Source: Alphaproteobacteria bacterium (lineage in GTDB: Bacteria; Pseudomonadota; Alphaproteobacteria; GCA-2731375). From it: a stretch of 64,000 bases of DNA. The DNA lies in contig CBDDPY010000002.1 in NCBI GenBank assembly GCA_965232515.1, positions 3,680,001 through 3,744,000 on the forward strand, written 5' to 3'. The notes beneath the pieces are model-generated. The model made no database searches. It was not told the origin of the DNA and saw only the letters and a program-made list of their open reading frames with translations. Below, piece after piece: positions 28,622 to 39,432 of this stretch (its first letter is position 1; each line of letters opens with the position of its first letter). A program made the position numbers and the translations under genes.

Positions 28622-30313
28622 CTAGTCACGGCGTTTGAAATCGAAGCGGCACTTATTCATGCGGCCCTCGATCCTGGCGGCGTCGGTCGCCAGGCTGGCG
28701 GTCACGCTGAAGTTTTCGTTGTGTTCGTTGAACCGCAAATCGATTGTGCCGTCCTCGACAACCTTGCCCTCGACCAATCGCTCCGGCGTCGCCGTAAACT
28801 CGCCGTCACGTCCTATCCTGAGGCTGACCGCGCCGTTTCGGGCGATCAATTCAAGGTCGAAGAAGACCGGTACGGAATTGCCCAATGTGGTCAGCACTTT
28901 GCAGGTAAACGACGCCTTCCAGCGACCGTCATAGCGGCTCAGATCGACGACTGCGGACCGTGGCGCCAAAAGCGCGACCTTCGGGTCTTCGTCGGCCGAC
29001 GTCGACCGCGCATCGGCTGGCGGCGGTTGACTGGCCCGCGCCCGGGCCAGGGCCGCATACCGGCCCTGCGGATAGGCGTCGAGATAGGCACGGTAATCGG
29101 CCGGGCTGCGGCTGTTCTTGACCTGATTCCAAAATGCGTCCTCGGCGGCGTGAGCGGCCAGGCGCCGTTCGGATTCGCGTCTGACCTTATCCGCCAGCGC
29201 CTGCGCCTCGATCGCGTGCCGGCCGTTTGGATAGCGTTGCAGGTAACTCTCGTAGGCCGTTGCCGTGCCGACGCCCGCGGCCGCCTGCCAGGCCGTATCG
29301 TCCGCGGCGCTGGCCGCGTCCAGGCCGGCCCGACGCGTGGCGGCAAGCTGGGCAAAACGACCCCGCGGATAGGTTTCCAGATAAGCGGCGAAGTCGGCCG
29401 GGTTCCTGCTGTCCTTGATCGACGCCCAGAACGCCAGCTCGACGGCGAGATCGGCGTCGGGCTGCGCAGCCGCCGGCGGCGCGGCTTCCGCCGGCGCGGG
29501 CGGGTTGGTCTTGGGGACGAACAGAAACGCGCCGCCCTCGTGGTCGGCGCGGCGGATGTCGGAATATTGCGGCGTCTGGTCGGCGTTGACCACGACCTGC
29601 CGGCTGACCTGGCGGAACAGAGAATTGCCGTCGAGGATGTCGTCGTTTTCCTGCAATGTGCGCAGGAACGCGCCGGCGAACACCGAGTGCCCGTCGGCGC
29701 CGCCATCGACAACCGGTTCGAGGCCGCCGGAGACGATGGCCGTGCGCGAGCGGCGCTCGGCCAGACGCCGTAACCAGGCCTCACGCTCGCGACCGGTCGC
29801 CGGAACCGCCTGCGCGGCCCGTACCAGCGTGCCGGAATAACAGCTGTCGGCGACAACCATGACATGGCGGGCGCTCATGCCCTTCAGCCGACGGGTCAGG
29901 GAATCGTTGGCGATCCAGTTGAGATCGTCGTCCTCGTCCGCGTCCACCGGCAGCCAATAGCCGGTGCCGGTGGCACGGTCGAGCGTGCCATGGCCGGCAT
30001 AATAAACCAGCAGGTTGTCCTGCTCCGTAAGCTCGGCGCGCAGCTTGTTCACGCTGCGCACGATGTCGTCGCGCGTCGCATTGACCAGCAGGGTGACCTG
30101 GAAACCGTATTTCTCGCGCAAGAGTTCGGCCGTCGCCTGCGCGTCATTGACCGCGGTCTCCAGGTCGGGCAGCGTCCGGTAGTCGTTGTTCCCGATCACG
30201 AGCGCGTGGTAGCGGCCGAAATCCAGATCGTCGATCGCCGCTCGCGTTTCGGCGCCGCCAGCCAGCAACGCCACGATAACAAAATAAACACCAATCAATC
30301 GACTAATAAACAT
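28622..30313 (-). CDS. Exported caspase-family (peptidase C14) protein with helical repeats
   Basis: Signal-like N-terminus; ALVIGNNDY, YYAGHG, ADSCYSG dyad, GHSVF; three W..Y(L)..YP.GR repeats. Confidence 0.85.
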   Translation of the reverse strand: MFISRLIGVYFVIVALLAGGAETRAAIDDLDFGRYHALVIGNNDYRTLPDLETAVNDAQATAELLREKYGFQVTLLVNATRDDIVRSVNKLRAELTEQDNLLVYYAGHGTLDRATGTGYWLPVDADEDDDLNWIANDSLTRRLKGMSARHVMVVADSCYSGTLVRAAQAVPATGREREAWLRRLAERRSRTAIVSGGLEPVVDGGADGHSVFAGAFLRTLQENDDILDGNSLFRQVSRQVVVNADQTPQYSDIRRADHEGGAFLFVPKTNPPAPAEAAPPAAAQPDADLAVELAFWASIKDSRNPADFAAYLETYPRGRFAQLAATRRAGLDAASAADDTAWQAAAGVGTATAYESYLQRYPNGRHAIEAQALADKVRRESERRLAAHAAEDAFWNQVKNSRSPADYRAYLDAYPQGRYAALARARASQPPPADARSTSADEDPKVALLAPRSAVVDLSRYDGRWKASFTCKVLTTLGNSVPVFFDLELIARNGAVSLRIGRDGEFTATPERLVEGKVVEDGTIDLRFNEHNENFSVTASLATDAARIEGRMNKCRFDFKRRD

Positions 30314-30592
30314 TAACAATCCTTAACATTCCATTCGATACTGGATCCATACTACTGGATAATTTGGAGAGTTTGCAGCACTTATCTTGATTTATACTTG
30401 ACGATATCTGCCTTTAAATTTACAGACGCGCTGCCGCGACGGCGGCAGAAGGCCGGTTCCGCGCATCGTTCCGATCCGGATTTCGACACTTCCGGAACAA
30501 TCGAAGCGGCTTGCATTTCCGCCGATTTTTTTCCTTGACGTCTCTGTGCATGGGGTTGTTCCGCGATCTGCCCCGGACCTACCCCCCCTTTT

Positions 30593-31450
30593 CTATTCGA
30601 CAATGCGACGGAGGGCGGTGATGGCGGTCACGTCGGTTTCGCCGCCGCGGCCCAGCACATCCGCCAACGGCTCGGCCACGACCTGCATCCAGGTGGCGTT
30701 GGCGTGCAGGAGCCGGCCGTCGCCCAGCACGATGCCGACATGGCCCGGCCAGTAGACCAGGTCGCCCCGTCTGAGGGCGGTCAGGTCGTCCGTCTCGACC
30801 GGCGCGCCGAGGGCGCGCTCCTGCTGGTCGCTGTCGCGCGGGCAATCCCGGCCGGCGCGCTGCAGAGCGAGCTGCACCAGCGCCGAGCAGTCGAGGCCGT
30901 CGGCCGAGCGGCCGCCCCAGAGATAGGGCGTGCCGGCGAGCGACAACGCCGTCGCGATCCAGTCCGGTTCGGGCGTCTCGATCTCGGCCAGATGGCGGGC
31001 ATAGACCCAGTCGCCGCTCTGTAACCGGCTGTAGCCGTCCGCCTCGTCGACGATGCGCAGGCGGGCGCCGAGGCTCAGGCCGAAGCGGATACGCGTCTTC
31101 ACGGCGGGGGCCGGATAGAGATGGGTATGCGGTACGGCGACGACATGGGTCGCCTGTCCCTCCCAATCGCCGAGTGCCGCCGAAGGTACGTATCCGACAT
31201 AGCCGTCGAGCGTCGCCTGGCCCCAGGCCCAGCCGGCCTTGTCCTCATAGACCATGAAGCGCTCGCCGAACAGCAGCTCGCTCTCGAGCCGGGCGTCGGC
31301 GGCCGGCGTGAAGCTGAGCGGCGCGGCCGGCGCGATCACCTGCCGCGCCTCGCCCGCGACATACCGAGCCGCCTCGACCTCGCCCGCCAGCTCGGCCGCG
31401 GCCAGATCGGGCCGGGCCGGCGTTACGCGGGCATCGAAGGCCGCCGCCAT
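30593..31450 (-). CDS. NlpC/P60 cell-wall peptidase with SH3-like domains
   Basis: PYLWGG, DCSALV, PRDSDQQ, GHVG, LHAN motifs. Confidence 0.9.
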   Translation of the reverse strand: MAAAFDARVTPARPDLAAAELAGEVEAARYVAGEARQVIAPAAPLSFTPAADARLESELLFGERFMVYEDKAGWAWGQATLDGYVGYVPSAALGDWEGQATHVVAVPHTHLYPAPAVKTRIRFGLSLGARLRIVDEADGYSRLQSGDWVYARHLAEIETPEPDWIATALSLAGTPYLWGGRSADGLDCSALVQLALQRAGRDCPRDSDQQERALGAPVETDDLTALRRGDLVYWPGHVGIVLGDGRLLHANATWMQVVAEPLADVLGRGGETDVTAITALRRIVE

Positions 31451-31455
31451 CGTGG

Positions 31456-32835
31456 TCAGCCGCCGAAACGCTCGGCGATGGCGGCATAGAGCGTACGCAT
31501 GGCCAGCGGCTCGCCGCCCTTCGGCCGTCCGGGGCGATCGGCGTCGTTCCAGGCATAGGTGTCGAAATGCGCCCAGGCCTTCGCCTCGCCCACGAACGAT
31601 TTCAGATAGAGCGCGGCCGTCACGGCGCCGGCGAACGGGCCGTCGCCGACGTTGCTGAGATCGGCGACCGGGCTTTTCAAGCGCTCGGCATAGGGGGCGT
31701 AGAGCGGCAGGCGCCAGACCGGATCGCGCTCCGCCTCGCCGTGCCGCGCGAGATCGGCCGCCAGGCCGTCGTCGTCGGTGAAGAGCGCCGGCAGGTCGGG
31801 GCCGAGCGCCACGCGGGCCGCGCCTGTCAGCGTCGCGCAGTCGATCATCAGGTCGGGCGCTTCGGCATCACCGTCGGCCAGCGCGTCGCAGAGCACGATA
31901 CGGCCCTCGGCATCGGTGTTGCCGACCTCGACGCTCAACCCCTTGCGCGTGGCGATGATGTCGCCTGGCCGGTAGGCGTTGCCGGCGACGGCATTCTCGA
32001 CCGCCGGCACCAGCACGCGCAGGCGCACGGGCAGGCCCGCGTCCATGACCATCTCGGCGAGGCCCAGCACGGTCGCCGAGCCGCCCATGTCCTTCTTCAT
32101 CTTCAGCATGCCGGCCGAGGTCTTGAGGTCGAGCCCGCCGGTGTCGAAGCAGACGCCCTTGCCCACCAACGTGAGTTTCGGCGCCGCGGCATCGCCCCAG
32201 GTGATGTCGATCAGCCGCGGCGGATCGTCGCTCGCCCGACCGACCGCGTGGATCGCCGGATAGTTCTCGGCCAGCAGCGCTTCGCCGACGACGGCACGGA
32301 ACGCCGCGCCGTGGCGGCCGGCCAGTTCCTCGGCCGCGCCCGACAGCTCGGACGGCCCCATATGATCGGCCGGCGTGTTGATCAGGTCGCGGGCCAGGAA
32401 TGTTCCCGCCACCGTCCGCGCCGCCAGGCCGGCATCGGCGTTGGCCGGCAGGCCCAGCGTGGCGAATTCGTTCTCGGACTTGCGGTAGCGCGTGAACCGG
32501 TAGCTGCCGAGCGCCCAGGCTATCGCGGCGCCGGTCGCGGCATCGGTATCGAGCTCGGTCGCGATCCGGTAGTCGCCCGGCGGCAGGCAGGCGGCGAGCC
32601 CGCCATAGGCCCAGAGGTCGGGGTTCTCGCCCAGGCCGAGCACGACGCCGGCGAGCGCGCCGTCCGCGGCGGGCAGCAGGCAGGTGGCGCCGGCTTTGGG
32701 CTTGAAGTTCGACTGCTTGAGCCAGGTCCGGACCTCGGGCGCCTGCGTCTCCGACCAGGCCGCGAAGTCGGGCTTGGCGACCGGCCAGATCGGTGTCGCG
32801 TCCGACGCGGTTTCATCACTCACATGGGGGATCAC
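31456..32835 (-). CDS. M17 leucyl aminopeptidase family protein
   Basis: GKGVCFDTGG, MKKDMGG, NTDAEGR, TLTGA; GTG start after GAGG chosen. Confidence 0.9.
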   Translation of the reverse strand: MIPHVSDETASDATPIWPVAKPDFAAWSETQAPEVRTWLKQSNFKPKAGATCLLPAADGALAGVVLGLGENPDLWAYGGLAACLPPGDYRIATELDTDAATGAAIAWALGSYRFTRYRKSENEFATLGLPANADAGLAARTVAGTFLARDLINTPADHMGPSELSGAAEELAGRHGAAFRAVVGEALLAENYPAIHAVGRASDDPPRLIDITWGDAAAPKLTLVGKGVCFDTGGLDLKTSAGMLKMKKDMGGSATVLGLAEMVMDAGLPVRLRVLVPAVENAVAGNAYRPGDIIATRKGLSVEVGNTDAEGRIVLCDALADGDAEAPDLMIDCATLTGAARVALGPDLPALFTDDDGLAADLARHGEAERDPVWRLPLYAPYAERLKSPVADLSNVGDGPFAGAVTAALYLKSFVGEAKAWAHFDTYAWNDADRPGRPKGGEPLAMRTLYAAIAERFGG

Positions 32836-32926
32836 GTTCGACCTCGGGTGTGGCATGTTGGGAATGCGCCGGCAGCCTAGCATGCCGCCGGCCGATCGCA
32901 GAACGGGCAACACGGGCGGCGGAAAG

Positions 32927-33574
32927 ATGGCGGATTTCGAGCTGGTGATCGGCAACAAGAACTACTCGTCCTGGTCGCTGCGGCCCTGGCTAGCGATGAC
33001 TCATTTCGGCATCCCGTTCCGTGAGACCATGGTTCTGCTGGACACGCCGACCATGAAGGCCGAGATCCTGGCGCACTCGCCGGCCGGCCGGGTACCGGTC
33101 CTGAAACATGGCGAGCTCGCGGTCTGGGACTCGCTGGCGATCCTGGAATATCTGGCCGAACGGTTTCCAGAGCACGGCTTCTGGCCGACCGACCGCGCGG
33201 CCCGCGCCCGCGCACGCTCGCTCGCGGCCGAGATGCACTCGGGCTTCCCGGACCTCCGCAACGAGCTGCCGATGGACTGCCGCGCCCGCCGGCCGGACCA
33301 CCGCTGGTCGGATGCGGCCGCCGACGACATCGCGCGCGTCAGGGCGATCTGGACCGAGACGCGCCAAACGTTCGGGACCGGCGGCGATTTCCTCTGCGGC
33401 CCTTTTGGCGCGGTCGACGCCATGTTCGCGCCGGTGGTGTCGCGGTTCGTGACTTACGGCGTGGCGCTGGACGGCGTCGCCACCGACTATCGCGACGCCG
33501 TCTGGAACCTGCCGGCCATGCAGGCCTGGCTGTCGGCCGCCGCCATCGAGGAGGCCGTAATGTCGGTTATTTGA
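32927..33574 (+). CDS. Glutathione S-transferase family protein
   Basis: IGNKNYSSWSLRPWL, SPAGRVPVL, DSLAILEYL, EMHSGF. Confidence 0.9.
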   Translation: MADFELVIGNKNYSSWSLRPWLAMTHFGIPFRETMVLLDTPTMKAEILAHSPAGRVPVLKHGELAVWDSLAILEYLAERFPEHGFWPTDRAARARARSLAAEMHSGFPDLRNELPMDCRARRPDHRWSDAAADDIARVRAIWTETRQTFGTGGDFLCGPFGAVDAMFAPVVSRFVTYGVALDGVATDYRDAVWNLPAMQAWLSAAAIEEAVMSVI

Positions 33575-34583
33575 GCAGACCGACCTCGCGGTAATACCGC
33601 GCGGCACCGTCGTGCAGCGGAATGGCGATGCCGTCGAGCGCGGTGTCCAACCGGATCAGCCGACCGTCGGGATGGCCGCGATCCAGAAGCCGCCGCGTCG
33701 TCCGATGCCAGAGCGCCGCCGTAATGCCGTAGATCACCTCATCCTCGACATCGGCCGAGACCAGCCATTGCGCGCCGACCGTCAAGGTCAGCCGCGCCGG
33801 CACATCGGTATAGACCCCTTGCGGAATGGTGCTGGGCACAAAGAACGGATGATCGCTCAGCATCCGATCGGCCTCTGGCCCATCAACCGAGAGCAGATCG
33901 ATCGGCGTATCGTCCGCCAGTTGGGCCACGGCCGATATCGGATGGCCGCCAACCACGAAGAAGGCATCGATTTCGCCTTTCCGCATCAGATCGCTGGCCG
34001 GCCCCGTCTGCAGATAGCTCGCCGTGTATTCCCAGGCGCCGAGACCGTAAGCCTCCAGGACGATGCGCGCGTCGACCACGGTGCCGGACTCTTCAGGTCC
34101 CAGCGAGATGCGCTTGCCCTTGAGATCGTGAATGGTTTCGATGCCGCTGTCGCGCCGGACCACGACATGCACGCTCTCGGGATAGAGGTTGGCGATCGCG
34201 CGCAACCGGGTCGACGGTCCGCGATCCGTGTACAGGCCCTGACCGTTATAGGCCCAGTAGGCGACGTCGGCCTGGCTGAACCCGGACTCCACGGCGCCGC
34301 TCTGGATCAGCGCCACGTTCTCGACCGAGCCCTGTGTCGACTGCGCCACGGCCAGCAGGCCCGGCACGCCGCAACTGCCGCCGTCCTCGCAGGCGCGGCT
34401 GCCCGGCGGACTGCTGATGGCGCTGGCGATGAGCGTTGCGATCGGAAAGTAGGTGCCGCTGGTGCCGCCCGTGGCGATCCGGAAGAAACGGATTTCCTGG
34501 GCGCTCGCGATCTGCGCGCCAGCCAGCGACAGGGCAATTGCCAGACAGCTCATACGTAGCGCGAACGCGGATTTCCAGAACAT
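33567..34583 (-). CDS. TAXI family TRAP transporter solute-binding protein
   Basis: RIATGGTSGTYFP, STQGSVEN, LYPE, IPLHDGAARYY. Confidence 0.9.
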   Translation of the reverse strand: MFWKSAFALRMSCLAIALSLAGAQIASAQEIRFFRIATGGTSGTYFPIATLIASAISSPPGSRACEDGGSCGVPGLLAVAQSTQGSVENVALIQSGAVESGFSQADVAYWAYNGQGLYTDRGPSTRLRAIANLYPESVHVVVRRDSGIETIHDLKGKRISLGPEESGTVVDARIVLEAYGLGAWEYTASYLQTGPASDLMRKGEIDAFFVVGGHPISAVAQLADDTPIDLLSVDGPEADRMLSDHPFFVPSTIPQGVYTDVPARLTLTVGAQWLVSADVEDEVIYGITAALWHRTTRRLLDRGHPDGRLIRLDTALDGIAIPLHDGAARYYREVGLLK

Positions 34584-34676
34584 GACATTGGTTATACGCC
34601 CCTCTGTCGGCTCGACCAAGAGCCGCGCGACCGCCGAGTTGACAGGGCGATAGCCCGAGACCATGTTCGCCCGACG

Positions 34677-35147
34677 ATGACGGACAATCCCGGCTTCGAT
34701 CTCGACAACATCCGCCAGCTCGTGCGGCAGGGCATCCCGCATGTGCGGGCGCTTGGTGTCGACGTCGTGTCGGTCGAGGTCGGCAAGATGACGGTCAGCC
34801 TGGATTATCAGGAGTGGCTGGTCGGCAATCCCGAGACGGGCGTGCTGCACGGCGGCGTGATCACGACACTCTTGGACACGGTCAGCGGCCTTGCCGTGCA
34901 CGCGGCGCTGCAGAAGTTCCTGCCGATCGCGACGCTCGACTTGCGCATCGACTATCTGCGTCCGGCGATGCCGGGCGAGACCCTGTTCGCCTTCGCCCAT
35001 TGCTACAAGGTGACCCGCAACGTCGCGTTTACCCGCGGCGTCGCCTATCACGACGATATCGACGATCCCATCGCCAACACCGCCGGTTCGTTCATGCTGT
35101 CGACGGCCGGCCCTTCGATGGGCGGCAAGCGGAAGGCCAGGGGCTGA
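34677..35147 (+). CDS. PaaI/hotdog-fold thioesterase
   Basis: GVLHGGVITTLLD, ATLDLRIDYLRP. Confidence 0.85.
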   Translation: MTDNPGFDLDNIRQLVRQGIPHVRALGVDVVSVEVGKMTVSLDYQEWLVGNPETGVLHGGVITTLLDTVSGLAVHAALQKFLPIATLDLRIDYLRPAMPGETLFAFAHCYKVTRNVAFTRGVAYHDDIDDPIANTAGSFMLSTAGPSMGGKRKARG

Positions 35148-35587
35148 TGGCGGCGTCGTTCCTCGACATGCTGAACAAGGCGCGCGCGGCGCAGGATCCG
35201 CGCCTGGTGCTCGACGCCATTCCTTACGCCAAGTTTCTGGGCATGGACGTTCAGGAGGCCGACGACGGCGGTTTTCTGTCCGTACTGCCGTTCGACGACA
35301 TGCTGATCGGCAATCCGATGCTGCCGGCGATTCATGGCGGCGTAACCGGCGCGTTTCTGGAGAACACGGCGATCGTGACGCTGTTGTGGGAGCGCGACAC
35401 CACGAAGATGCCAAAGACCATCAACATCACGGTTGAGTATCTGCGTTCCGGCCGGCCACAGGATACCTTCGCGGTAGGCATCCTGACGCGGCAGGGCCGC
35501 CGCGTCGCCACGGTCAGGACCGAGGCCTGGCAGGACGACCGGACGCAACCGATCGCCGTTGCCACCGCGCATTTCCTGCTGGCCTGA
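35147..35587 (+). CDS. PaaI/hotdog-fold thioesterase (second of pair)
   Basis: IPYAKFLG, GNPMLPAIHGG, VEYLRSG; TGATG coupling. Confidence 0.85.
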   Translation: MAASFLDMLNKARAAQDPRLVLDAIPYAKFLGMDVQEADDGGFLSVLPFDDMLIGNPMLPAIHGGVTGAFLENTAIVTLLWERDTTKMPKTINITVEYLRSGRPQDTFAVGILTRQGRRVATVRTEAWQDDRTQPIAVATAHFLLA

Positions 35588-35611
35588 CCGCCGGTCTATA
35601 CTGCCGGGGTC

Positions 35612-36514
35612 ATGGCAGCAAAAAACAAGATCTTCGCGCCGGCCGAACTGGGCGGCATCATTCCGCCGGCGACCACGCCCTTCACGGCGGGCGGCGCCGT
35701 CGACCTCAGGGCCTTCCGCAGCGAGTTGCGCTTTCTGCTGGACGCCGGCGTGCACGGCATCGCGGTCGGCGGCAGCACCGGCGAGGGCCACACGCTCAGC
35801 GCCGACGAATCGACCCAGTTGGTGACGACGGCGGTCGCGGCGACGGGCGGCAGGGTGCCCGTGATCGCCGGCATCATCGTCGATTCGACGCAACAGGCTA
35901 TCGACCGCGGCAAGACAGCCGCCAAGGCCGGCGCCAGCGCCCTGCAGATCACGCCGGTGCACTACCTGTTCCGGCCTGACGACGACCACATGCTGGCGCA
36001 CTTCCGCACGGTCGCCGAGGCCGTCAAACTGCCGATCATCATCTACAACGTGGTGCCCTGGAGCTATCTCTCGCCGGAACTGCTGATCCGCATCATGCGG
36101 CAGGTGCCGGGCGTCATCGGCGTCAAGCAGAGTGCCGGCGACCTGAAGCTGTTCGCCGACCTGATGCTGGGGGCGCCAAAGAGCGCCCGCATCTTCAGCG
36201 CCGTCGATGCATTGATGTATCCGTCCTTCAGCCTTGGCGCGCACGGCGCTGTCGCCGCCATCCTGACGGCGGCACCGAAAGCCTGCGTCGCGTTGTGGGA
36301 CGCGGTCGTGGCGGGCGACCACAAGTCAGCGCTCGATCTGCACAAGCGGTTGCTGGTGCTGTGGAACGCCATGATCGACGACAACCTGCCGGCCGTCGTC
36401 AAGTTCGCGCTGACCGTGCACGGCATCAACGGCGGCGCGCCGCGCGCGCCCATGCCGGCCGCGTCGGCAAAGCAACAGAAGGCGATTGTCGCTGCCCTGA
36501 AGCGTCTGCCCTAA
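35612..36514 (+). CDS. DHDPS/N-acetylneuraminate lyase family class I aldolase
   Basis: GGSTGE, IIYNV, GVKQS Schiff-base Lys. Confidence 0.85.
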   Translation: MAAKNKIFAPAELGGIIPPATTPFTAGGAVDLRAFRSELRFLLDAGVHGIAVGGSTGEGHTLSADESTQLVTTAVAATGGRVPVIAGIIVDSTQQAIDRGKTAAKAGASALQITPVHYLFRPDDDHMLAHFRTVAEAVKLPIIIYNVVPWSYLSPELLIRIMRQVPGVIGVKQSAGDLKLFADLMLGAPKSARIFSAVDALMYPSFSLGAHGAVAAILTAAPKACVALWDAVVAGDHKSALDLHKRLLVLWNAMIDDNLPAVVKFALTVHGINGGAPRAPMPAASAKQQKAIVAALKRLP

Positions 36515-36555
36515 CCCACCGCAACGACCCGCATCGGGTTCAGAAAAAACGCGGT

Positions 36556-38841
36556 CTAGGCCTCCAGCGTGAACGGCAGGCGGCGCAGGCGCTGGCCGAT
36601 GGCGGCGAAGACGGCGTTGGCGACGGCCGGCGCGATCGGCGGCAGCGCGACCTCGCCGATGCCGCCGGGCCGGTCGCCGTTCGGCACCAGCACGGTTTCG
36701 ATCTTCGGCGCGGTGTCGAGCCGGATCATCTCGTAGTCCGGGAAGTTGCCCTGCTCGATCCGGCCATCGGCGACCGTGATCGCGCCATAGAGCGCGGCCG
36801 ACAGGCCGTAGATAACGCCGCTCTGCATCTGCGCGTCGATCGTGTCGGGATTGACCACGACGCCGCAATCGACCGCGCACCAGACGCGCTCGACCCGGAT
36901 CTCGCCGTCGACGACGGCGACTTCCGCGACCTGAGCGACGATGCTGCCGAAGGACTCGTGGAGCGCGATGCCGCGGCCGCGCCCGTCCGGCACCTCACCG
37001 CCCCAGTCCGCCGCCTTGGCGACGGCGTCCAGCACCGCCCGGTGCCGCGGTTTGTCGTTCAGCAGACCGCGCCGGAAGGCATACGGGTCCTTGCCGGCGG
37101 CGTGCGCCATCTCGTCGACGAAGCTCTCGAGGAAGAAAGCGTTCTGCGAATGGCCGACGCTGCGCCAGAAGCCGACGGGCACCGAATGGCGGCGCCAGCG
37201 ATGCCCGATCCGGCAATGCGGCATGGCGTAGGGCTGCTGGAAGGCGCCGGCGGCGTTCATGAAGGTCGACGAGCCGTCGCCGCCGCCCCAGGGCAACACG
37301 CGCTCGCCGAACTCGAACTCGACGGACTGGCTCGCCAGTTGGCCATCCCAGCCGACCAGCGCACCCTGCGCGTCGAGCGCGCCTTTGAAGCGGGCATGCG
37401 CCGCCGGCCGATAGGTATCGTTGCGGATGTCTTCTTCGCGGCTCCAGGTCAGCTTGACCGCGCGGCCCGGGAAGGCCTTGGCGACATGCGCCGCCTGCAG
37501 GACGAAGTCATTTTCGGCGCGCCGGCCGAAACCGCCGCCGAGATATGTCGTGTGCGACCGCACCGCGTCGCGTTCGACGCCAGTGCCGTCGGCCGTCGCC
37601 CAGACCGCCACCGTCGGCGATTGCGTCGGCGCCCAGACATCGGCCGTATTATCGGCGTTCAGGCGCACGGTGGCGTTCATCGGCTCCATGCAGGCATGCG
37701 CCAGATAGGGCACCGAATACTCCGCGTCGACAACCTTCGCCGCACCGTCAAAGCCGGCATCGACATCGCCCACCGCCTCGAAGACGTGGCTCGGCTCCTC
37801 GTCGAGGCTGGTTTGCAGATCTTGCGCAATGGCGATCGTCGAGACATCGCCGTTGCCGGCCGCATCGACCTCGATCGGCAGGGCCTCGGCCGCCTTGAAT
37901 GCGCGCCAGGTGTTATCCGCGACCACCGCCACGCCACCCGGCACCTCGACCACGCCCTCTACGCCGCGCATGTCGCGCACCGCGGCGGCGTCATAGCCGA
38001 CAATGCGGCCGCCCTTGACGGGACTGTGCCGCACGGCGGCATAGAGCATATTCGGTTCGGAAACATCGACGCCGAAGGTCGCGGCGCCGGTCGCCTTTTC
38101 GACCATGTCGACGCGCGGCTGCGGCGTACCGACCAGCCGGAACCGGCTCGCCGGCTTCAGCTCCGGATCGGACGGCGGCGTGAGGTCGGCCGCGGCGCGC
38201 GCGACAGCGGCATAGGCGAGCATGGTCTTACCGTCCGGATGCATGACCTTGCCGCCGGCGGCCTGGCAGTCCGCGGCATCGACGCCCCATTCCTTTGCCG
38301 CCGCCTCGATCAGAACCGTGCGCGCGGCCGCACCCGTCTGTCGCAACGGTGTCCAGGCGTCGATGACGCTGGTGCTGCCGCCGGTGCCGATATAGGGCAC
38401 GGAGGCCAGCACCTTGGCCATGACCCAGCGCAGCGGGTTGTTCTCGGCATGGAACAGGCCGGCGCCCTCCATCGGCAGTGCATAGTTGGTGTAGACGCCG
38501 TGCATATCCGGATGCTCGACCGTGACCCGGTCGAGATCGACCTCGAGCTCCTCGGCGATCAGCATGGCAAGGCCGGTATAGACGCCCTGCCCCATCTCGG
38601 CGCGCGGCACCGCCAGCGCGATGGTGCCGTCGGGCTCGATCCGGACCCAGGCGTTCAGCGCCACGGCGCCATCCGCGCCGGCCTTGGCGAAGTGTTCGGG
38701 AATGCCGGTGCCGGCCCGCGACAGCAGTCCGACACCCACGGCCAGACCACCGGCCGTGGTGACGCCGCCGATCAAAAAGGCGCGGCGGGTGATCTTCTTC
38801 CAACGGCCCTTCGGCTTGTCGGATTTCGCGGCCTCAGCCAT
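36556..38841 (-). CDS. Isoquinoline 1-oxidoreductase beta-like molybdopterin subunit, Tat-exported
   Basis: TRRAFL Tat motif, EMGQG, TGGSTS, GGGFGR, WRSV, GGIGE. Confidence 0.9.
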   Translation of the reverse strand: MAEAAKSDKPKGRWKKITRRAFLIGGVTTAGGLAVGVGLLSRAGTGIPEHFAKAGADGAVALNAWVRIEPDGTIALAVPRAEMGQGVYTGLAMLIAEELEVDLDRVTVEHPDMHGVYTNYALPMEGAGLFHAENNPLRWVMAKVLASVPYIGTGGSTSVIDAWTPLRQTGAAARTVLIEAAAKEWGVDAADCQAAGGKVMHPDGKTMLAYAAVARAAADLTPPSDPELKPASRFRLVGTPQPRVDMVEKATGAATFGVDVSEPNMLYAAVRHSPVKGGRIVGYDAAAVRDMRGVEGVVEVPGGVAVVADNTWRAFKAAEALPIEVDAAGNGDVSTIAIAQDLQTSLDEEPSHVFEAVGDVDAGFDGAAKVVDAEYSVPYLAHACMEPMNATVRLNADNTADVWAPTQSPTVAVWATADGTGVERDAVRSHTTYLGGGFGRRAENDFVLQAAHVAKAFPGRAVKLTWSREEDIRNDTYRPAAHARFKGALDAQGALVGWDGQLASQSVEFEFGERVLPWGGGDGSSTFMNAAGAFQQPYAMPHCRIGHRWRRHSVPVGFWRSVGHSQNAFFLESFVDEMAHAAGKDPYAFRRGLLNDKPRHRAVLDAVAKAADWGGEVPDGRGRGIALHESFGSIVAQVAEVAVVDGEIRVERVWCAVDCGVVVNPDTIDAQMQSGVIYGLSAALYGAITVADGRIEQGNFPDYEMIRLDTAPKIETVLVPNGDRPGGIGEVALPPIAPAVANAVFAAIGQRLRRLPFTLEA

Positions 38842-39310
38842 TGCGCGCGCCCTCCCCGATCGTCAGCGCCGCCTCGTGGATGGCGGCCCGGACCCGGTTG
38901 TAGGTGCCGCAGCGGCAGATGTTGGTCATCGCCGCGTCGATGTCGTCATCGCTCGGTCGCGCATTTTCGGCCAGCAATGCCGTCGCGGCCATGATCATGC
39001 CGGACTGGCAATAGCCGCATTGCGGCACCTGGTGCTTGACCCAGGCCGCCTGCACCGCGTGCAACGCATCGGGGGTGCCGATGCCTTCGATGGTCATCAC
39101 GTCGCTGTCGGCAACATCGCCGACCAACACCGAGCAGGACCGGCTCGCTTCGCCATCGATATGGACGGTGCAGGCCCCGCAGGCTGCGACCCCACAGCCG
39201 AACTTCGTGCCGGTCAGCCCGAGCTCGTCCCTGAGCGCCCAGAGCAGCGGCATATCGGGTTCGACATCGAGAGAGACCGCGCGACCGTTGACGCGGAAGG
39301 ATATGGCCAT
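38834..39310 (-). CDS. (2Fe-2S)-binding small subunit, IorA-like
   Basis: [28 protein letters not shown]. Confidence 0.92.
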   Translation of the reverse strand: MAISFRVNGRAVSLDVEPDMPLLWALRDELGLTGTKFGCGVAACGACTVHIDGEASRSCSVLVGDVADSDVMTIEGIGTPDALHAVQAAWVKHQVPQCGYCQSGMIMAATALLAENARPSDDDIDAAMTNICRCGTYNRVRAAIHEAALTIGEGARNG

Positions 39311-39432
39311 GTTTCGCCTCCGTAGCGGCGCGGCGACGGAGGCAACCCGTCCGCACGCACCCGGTAACTCGGCCGATCCCGGGACATCCGGGCCGCCGAC
39401 CCCGATTTCAGACTCACGCGAACAGGAATAGC

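Noticed and set aside
36295-38994. 899-aa plus-strand ORF and many other long antisense ORFs (e.g. 14253-16265, 50565-52850, 58437-60707)
   Set aside because: They shadow well-supported genes on the opposite strand; stop-codon scarcity in high-GC DNA explains them; no motifs
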